Source: a virus (Duplodnaviria > Caudoviricetes). From it: a stretch of DNA of 64,000 nucleotides. The notes under the pieces were generated by a model, which was not told the origin of the DNA, searched no databases, and saw nothing but the letters and a program-made list of their open reading frames with translations. Of this stretch, positions 59,025-64,000 are shown piece by piece (within the stretch, counting starts at the first letter, position 1; every line of letters starts with the position of its first letter). The stretch lies in IMG/VR virus record IMGVR_UViG_2908369612_000002, positions 1-64,000 of that record, one strand, 5' to 3'. A program made the position numbers and the translations under genes.

Positions 59025-60428
59025 CTAATTGAATTGCTGATTTATCTCGATTTTTCTAAAGAAATCACAGATTTTTTGTGGTGATTTAGCATTTCCGTTT
59101 TTATCAACTGTTCCTAGTTGATCCCAAAGTTTATTATCTTTATTAAAATCAATGGGTTTTAGAACTTCTTCAATTTTAGATTCAATATCATCGATTGAAA
59201 TCTCTAGATCATGGAATCGTTTTGCTAACAAGACGTATCCATTAAAGAAAATATGACTATTAACGAAGGATTTCTTTCTTTCTCCTGCAATATCCCCTAA
59301 AAATTCATCTATATAAATAGTGGCCAGAGCATCAAAAAAGGCAGCCAAATATCTCCCTGTCTTCAAAATGTCTGCTTGGTTGTTAAAATCCTTTTTATAA
59401 TAGCTGCGCTCAATTGCTTTCTTAAAATCAGAGAAAGTAATCAACATATTTTGATCCTGCTTAACCCAATCTCCATTTGTCTTTATATAATCTCCGATTA
59501 GACTGTTATCTTGAATAAATTTAACTATTTTATTTGAATAATAATGCTGATTCATCTCAGCAACTTTAGATTTTTTAACAGGATTTATGGTGTTTTGTTG
59601 TCCAAAGTGTTCTCTAGCTTGTTTTTGAGTATAGTTGTATATATCGACTTTAAACACACGCTTCAATAAATGTTTTAATTCAGGATACTGTCTAATTGCC
59701 GTAGTAATACCTACCAACCTGTGATAGCCATCGAGCACATCTAATATAGTCCCTTCCTTTACAGTAAGAGTCATATCCTCTTCATGATAATCTAATTCAA
59801 TTCCTTCATTGGAACTTCCTAAACGTGCATTAAAGGTGAACATTGAACTGATAAGTTTTCCCTCTTTAAACAATTCTTTAATTTCCTCTACAGATTGTTT
59901 GTTTAACTGAGGGACAGGGATTTCAACATCAGAACCCTCTATTTTTTTTATTTTATTTGTCCTTTGAGCATTAGGATTATAGTGAAGAAGCTTATTTTCA
60001 AACAACCTATAAAGTTCTTCCGCAGTTATTTGAAAAGTCAGGTTACTGTCAGAGTATTTAACTGCTCCATTAAAAGTATAAGGCAGCTTAATCTCTTCCT
60101 CTATTTCACCTTCCCATAGTGTTTCAATCTCTTGCATATCTTTTTCAGTAAAATAGTTGGCTGGATTAAATCTTTCTGATTCCAGAATGGTGTACAAACA
60201 CTTTGCTAAGAAATACATATACTCCTTAGACAAATCCATATCAGGATTCTCTAATTCGTTAATTACTTTCTGTGTAGAACCAGGGGATATTTTGTATTCA
60301 GCCATTATTATATGAACATCATTAATAAAAGATCTAATATGCTTTCTTTTAGAAAACACGTCTCTCATTTCGGAGAGCAATTTCTCATTTGCTGCCTCGT
60401 CAAAGATTACTGTCATTATTGCTTTCAC
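59025..60428 (-). CDS. yopQ: Repressor SroE (YopQ), ParB/DGQHR-like domain
   Basis: YNPNAQR and VLDGYHRL motifs; synteny. Confidence 0.8.
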   Translation of the reverse strand: MKAIMTVIFDEAANEKLLSEMRDVFSKRKHIRSFINDVHIIMAEYKISPGSTQKVINELENPDMDLSKEYMYFLAKCLYTILESERFNPANYFTEKDMQEIETLWEGEIEEEIKLPYTFNGAVKYSDSNLTFQITAEELYRLFENKLLHYNPNAQRTNKIKKIEGSDVEIPVPQLNKQSVEEIKELFKEGKLISSMFTFNARLGSSNEGIELDYHEEDMTLTVKEGTILDVLDGYHRLVGITTAIRQYPELKHLLKRVFKVDIYNYTQKQAREHFGQQNTINPVKKSKVAEMNQHYYSNKIVKFIQDNSLIGDYIKTNGDWVKQDQNMLITFSDFKKAIERSYYKKDFNNQADILKTGRYLAAFFDALATIYIDEFLGDIAGERKKSFVNSHIFFNGYVLLAKRFHDLEISIDDIESKIEEVLKPIDFNKDNKLWDQLGTVDKNGNAKSPQKICDFFRKIEINQQFN

Positions 60429-60507
60429 CTCATATCATGTTGCTAAAATAAAGTTACCAAAGGGACACTTTATTATCAAGAGAAATATAAATAATAGTCA
60501 TTATTAA

Positions 60508-61588
60508 TCAATAGTCATTTGATTCCGATAAGAATTTAAGGAATTTCTTTAGTGCCACCGGTTCTGTATTTTCAAAATAAGTGATAAAATCCTCTTTGCT
60601 TGCTTCGTATAAGGGCTGATATCAATTTCTTCATCCATAGTTACACCAGCTGAGTTAGTAATATCACTCCTTTTGCTCATATACCTCTCGGTAGTTGAAA
60701 CACTACTGTGATTTCCCTGTTCCCTTGCTGCCAATAGATCGTGGCCAGTATGCTCATAAACATAATCAATACCAACGCCTTTAAACGAATGAAATTTCAA
60801 GTCTCTTTCTGGAGGGATACCCAGCCTCTCTTTTGAACGCTTTAAAGAGTCTCTTACTGATTGTTCAGAAAGTCCTTTAAAGACATAGTCTGTTTCGAGC
60901 GAGTTCTCTTCTCTTAGTTGCGACAGCTCTTCGTAAAACACCTGGTTTATACCCGTTGTAACTACTCTGGATCCTTTATCAATAACTGTTACTACATAAT
61001 GCCCTGTGAGAGCATCATGTTCAAAATCACACCATCTAATTCTTAAAAGAGCATTTAAACGAAAAGAAGTTCTAGTTGCTGCCTTTACAAAAAGCTTTTT
61101 CATCAAAGGTTTTTGTCGTTCATTTATAAATAAATCTTCAGCTATTAAGTCTGCCTCTTCTTTGTTTGTTCTGCCCAGTTTCTATCTATTGTTTTCAACT
61201 TTCCTACAGTATCAAACACACTTAAATCTACATATTCTTTATAATCATGATTAAGGTATTTGTAAAGCATTTTAACAGCAGTTAGTTTTCTTTTAATGGT
61301 TTTGTTTACGAGCCCTTCACTTTGAAGATGTTTGATGTAACTAGTCAATTCACTTTTCGAAATTACTAAATCATTTTCAGTTAAATGTTCTATTTCTTTT
61401 CCTTTTAGAGTTCGAAAGAAGTTTTTTATATCTCCAGTATAATTCTTTCTTGTGTTGGATATACTTGTTGCATCTTGCGAAAGATACTTTGAATTCCCTG
61501 AGCTGCTGGCTATATCCTTACTGTAGAGATAGCTCATAATGTCATTAAATACATTATAATTCTTTATTGATTTAACTTCTGCGTTCAA
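60508..61588 (-). pseudogene. yopP: Tyrosine-recombinase-fold SroD (YopP), split by two -1 frameshifts (about 61175 and 60614)
   Basis: SAM-like N-domain; TSFR, FHSFK, GNHSS..TTERY motifs; restoring 2 nt gives 360 aa. Confidence 0.82.
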
Positions 61589-61592
61589 TTGA

Positions 61593-61799
61593 TTATTCCT
61601 CCCTTCGTTTTGAATCGGTTAATAAATCATCAATAGAGACATCCAATACCAAAGCAATAAGCTTCATGGAAACAACATCTCCCTCATCTGGTTCATCGAT
61701 GATTCTTTTAAGACTTTCAATATCAATCATCGTTTCCTCGGACATCTGTTCAATTGTTATGTTACGTTTCTCCATCAGCTTTTTTATCAGCTTTGACAT
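61593..61799 (-). CDS. yopO: XRE HTH regulator SroC (YopO)
   Basis: HTH ITIEQMSEET...IALVLDVSIDDL; synteny. Confidence 0.75.
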   Translation of the reverse strand: MSKLIKKLMEKRNITIEQMSEETMIDIESLKRIIDEPDEGDVVSMKLIALVLDVSIDDLLTDSKRREE

Positions 61800-61841
61800 A
61801 GAGTCCCCCTTATATAGCAATATGTATAATAAGGATAATGC

Positions 61842-62195
61842 CTAATGCAACTTATAGTTGTGGTTTATAGATAAACTGCTCAAATTCATTTGAAATATGT
61901 TTTTTAATTGAGTAATGAAAATTATCAATGAATTAAAATGCGGATTACAATCAGCACTCCTGGATAATCCATCTCCGCCTAAAAGAACTCGGTCAATATC
62001 CCGTTGCAGTGCATTAACTTCCATCTTCGCTAATCTTAAATCATTTTCTGTTTTTGCATTAAGTATCATTTTTCTGATATTAAGGATACTATCTAGATAT
62101 GTTTGCTTGGCCATATTAGCAAAGCTTTCATCAATCTCTTCATATCTGCTCTTCTTCTCCTTTGCAGACTTAAAGTTTACTACTTGCATTACCAT
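61842..62195 (-). CDS. yopN: SroB (YopN)-position protein; C-terminus possibly frameshifted
   Basis: Second gene of the operon; an alternative frame after an A run reads KKHISNEFEQFIYKPQL. Confidence 0.55.
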   Translation of the reverse strand: MVMQVVNFKSAKEKKSRYEEIDESFANMAKQTYLDSILNIRKMILNAKTENDLRLAKMEVNALQRDIDRVLLGGDGLSRSADCNPHFNSLIIFITQLKNIFQMNLSSLSINHNYKLH

Positions 62196-62404
62196 TAGTC
62201 CTCCTTTTGGGCACTTAGCATCTTAATATATCCTTTAGTGAGATCCTTTCTGATTTCCTTCCTTCTCTTTATATTTTCTTTTTCAATTTTCTTTTCGTAA
62301 GCAAAGAAATCGTCCTGCACAATAGCACTAACTTTTTTCTGATATATATTTTTATGTAATGTCATGCTGCTTTGTAAGTATTGAATTGCTGACATATTCC
62401 ACAC
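62195..62404 (-). CDS. yopM: SroA (YopM)-position protein
   Basis: First gene downstream of aimP. Confidence 0.55.
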   Translation of the reverse strand: MWNMSAIQYLQSSMTLHKNIYQKKVSAIVQDDFFAYEKKIEKENIKRRKEIRKDLTKGYIKMLSAQKED

Positions 62405-62643
62405 CCCTAAATTAATACTTATTTTTTGTATTTGATATCTAAACTCATTTTAATCCATTAGGATGAATAAGTAAAGGTGTTTTAACGACAAATAGCACAT
62501 TCTTTTTGAATTTTTTTGAATGTGCTTAATCATTATTCAGTTAGTCCTAGAGCTGTTATGTAAAGAAGTGAAAATGTTTATCTATTTTCATCCCTTAGTT
62601 ATGCGAAATTGAATTTATCTCGTGGTGGTCTTTAAATTACAAA

Positions 62644-62672
62644 AGACGCTTAGCTCATTGAGCCAAACGTCT
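62644..62672 (-). terminator. Terminator after aimP
   Basis: AGACG..TAGCTCA/TGAGC..CGTCT hairpin followed by TTTT on the - strand. Confidence 0.6.
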
Positions 62673-62741
62673 CTTCCACTTGTACCTGGATAATTTGATT
62701 AAGTAAAATTGTAATATTTATCTTGGTATGTGTCAATAATT

Positions 62742-62866
62742 CTATGCGCCTCTTGGCATACCAGCAACTTTATATTCTCCTTCAGCTTGTTGTTTAGACG
62801 CATGTGCTCCTGTAAAAGAAGCAGTCAACGCTGCTAAAATAACTAATGTCATCATAATTTTTTCAT
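62742..62866 (-). pseudogene. aimP: Arbitrium pro-peptide AimP (mature GMPRGA) with a 1-nt deletion after codon 3
   Basis: ATG AAA AAA TT ATG ATG ACA...GTT GCT GGT ATG CCA AGA GGC GCA TAG; span 125 nt; RBS AAGGAGGTG. Confidence 0.88.
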
Positions 62867-62883
62867 ATTATCACCTCCTTTAA

Positions 62884-63990
62884 TTAAAGTGCCAGTAGCT
62901 CTAAGAGTCTTTGATTTTCTCCCATATTTCTGAGCATTATTAACGGCAATTTAATAAGAAACTTATCGTTCGATTTTTTAAAATGTTCTATCGATAAATA
63001 AAATAAATCTTTGTCACCTTCTAATTTTCCTTTTAGATAGTAGTGCATAGCTAACTCATTATCATTGTGCTCATAAGACTCTAACTTTTCTAATAAAATC
63101 CTTGCAGCCTCTTTATTATTGCAATTAATCAACATATGAGCATTTTCTTGTAGGTCGATAACTTCTTTAGATTCAAAGTTAATCCATTCGTTTTCTTTTT
63201 CCCAAACATTACTCAAAAAACAAAGTGCCTGTTTAAAAACTTTTGTATAGAGGACGTTTCCTGAAGAAACAGATAATCCTTTTATAAAATACGCCTTGGA
63301 ATCATTGTAATTTGTAAATAAAAGTGAATTCCCTGCTGTAAGATAACTAAAAGCTTGAAATCGCTGAATGTTTGTGCTCTCAATAGCTTTCTTTGCATAA
63401 TTTCTACATTCAATTAGTTCATTTTCATTTAATTTAATATTAGACATTAAGACAAACACCCTAGTCTGATAAAGGCTTTTAATGTATTGATTTTCTACTA
63501 TCTCTGATAATTCGATTTGTTGAATCAGCCTTGACATCGGGGTGAAATTCCCTGTATCAAGATAATGATAAAGCAAGGATATTCTAGAAAAATTATTCAT
63601 TTCAGGTGTTTTAATATTTAACCTCCCAAGCCTTTTAGTGGCCTCAAATTCATTTATTGTTCCATTATTCAATTCCCTGTGAACTTCGTAGACTTTTCCA
63701 TACTCTTTACTTTTTCCATTGCTGCAGTTTACCATTAAGCTAATTAACTGATCCTCAATTTCATAAAATTTATTTGCATCTGCATACTCTAGCGCACTTC
63801 TCGCAGCTTTGGTTTTCACATCGAGGTGTAAACAATAATCTTTCATAAATTCATATTCGCGATCAGAATATTGACTTTTCACAATATTCACAAGAGAAGA
63901 AAACTCATTAAAAGTCTTTCCATCATGATTTAGAAAATCATAAAGAGGATTTGGATTTTTAAGTCCAGCTACCGTAGCCCATTTACTCAT
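62884..63990 (-). CDS. aimR: Arbitrium receptor AimR (true start probably beyond the window end)
   Basis: HTH plus TPR; NPNPLYDFLNHDGKTF, ARSALEYADAN and SNDKFLIKLPL motifs. Confidence 0.93.
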   Translation of the reverse strand: MSKWATVAGLKNPNPLYDFLNHDGKTFNEFSSLVNIVKSQYSDREYEFMKDYCLHLDVKTKAARSALEYADANKFYEIEDQLISLMVNCSNGKSKEYGKVYEVHRELNNGTINEFEATKRLGRLNIKTPEMNNFSRISLLYHYLDTGNFTPMSRLIQQIELSEIVENQYIKSLYQTRVFVLMSNIKLNENELIECRNYAKKAIESTNIQRFQAFSYLTAGNSLLFTNYNDSKAYFIKGLSVSSGNVLYTKVFKQALCFLSNVWEKENEWINFESKEVIDLQENAHMLINCNNKEAARILLEKLESYEHNDNELAMHYYLKGKLEGDKDLFYLSIEHFKKSNDKFLIKLPLIMLRNMGENQRLLELLAL

Positions 63991-64000
63991 GAGTGTTTTA

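Larger units (their letters stand above)
1831..64000 (-). mobile_element. SPbeta-like prophage (continues past the window end)
   Basis: Synteny with SPbeta yot-yos-yor-yoq-yop genes, aimR/aimP, sro operon and a serine integrase at the junction. Confidence 0.97.

Noticed and set aside
1850-62226. Numerous short + strand ORFs overlapping - strand genes (e.g. 8423-8668, 35605-35943, 46917-47249, 61006-61254)
   Set aside because: Antisense shadows of real genes, with no RBS and low-complexity F/S/L-rich translations.
62405-62640. Protein-coding aimX
   Set aside because: No ORF with an RBS or a MazE-like motif in this interval.
1-64000. CRISPR array, tRNA or rRNA genes
   Set aside because: None recognised by eye; no regularly spaced repeats or cloverleaf signatures were seen.

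Overview
Bacillus subtilis-group chromosome (hflX/ynbA and the 3' part of spoVK at 1-1830), followed by about 62 kb of one arm of an SPbeta-like prophage integrated inside spoVK. Almost all genes are on the - strand. In transcription order (right to left) the arm carries: arbitrium aimR/aimP (peptide GMPRGA); the sroA-F repressor operon; a yop/yoq accessory region; ligB; an anti-defence cluster (gad2 in two tandem copies, gad1, an orphan RnlB-like antitoxin); pghZ and yorA; the replication block (yorF-yorL); a multispecific C5 methyltransferase; YopX paralogs; the MazE-mimic yosL; nrdI-nrdE (group I intron with an HNH gene)-nrdF; thyA; sspC; DSAD1; a macrodomain gene; a RecU-like gene; a candidate RDF; and a large serine integrase. 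The main unexplained structure is a 16-bp inverted-arm site, TAAAA-N6-TTTTA, with 24 perfect copies counted by eye, all with different spacers. The copies sit at gene boundaries of the accessory regions. The 1247-bp gad2 duplication breaks exactly at such sites and leaves a hybrid site, which suggests an integron-like, recombinase-driven gene-cassette system for phage accessory and anti-defence genes. Many 1-nt indels, mostly in homopolymers, suggest sequencing error, so pseudogene calls are tentative. Gene names come from my recollection of the SPbeta/phi3T proteins, not from database searches.
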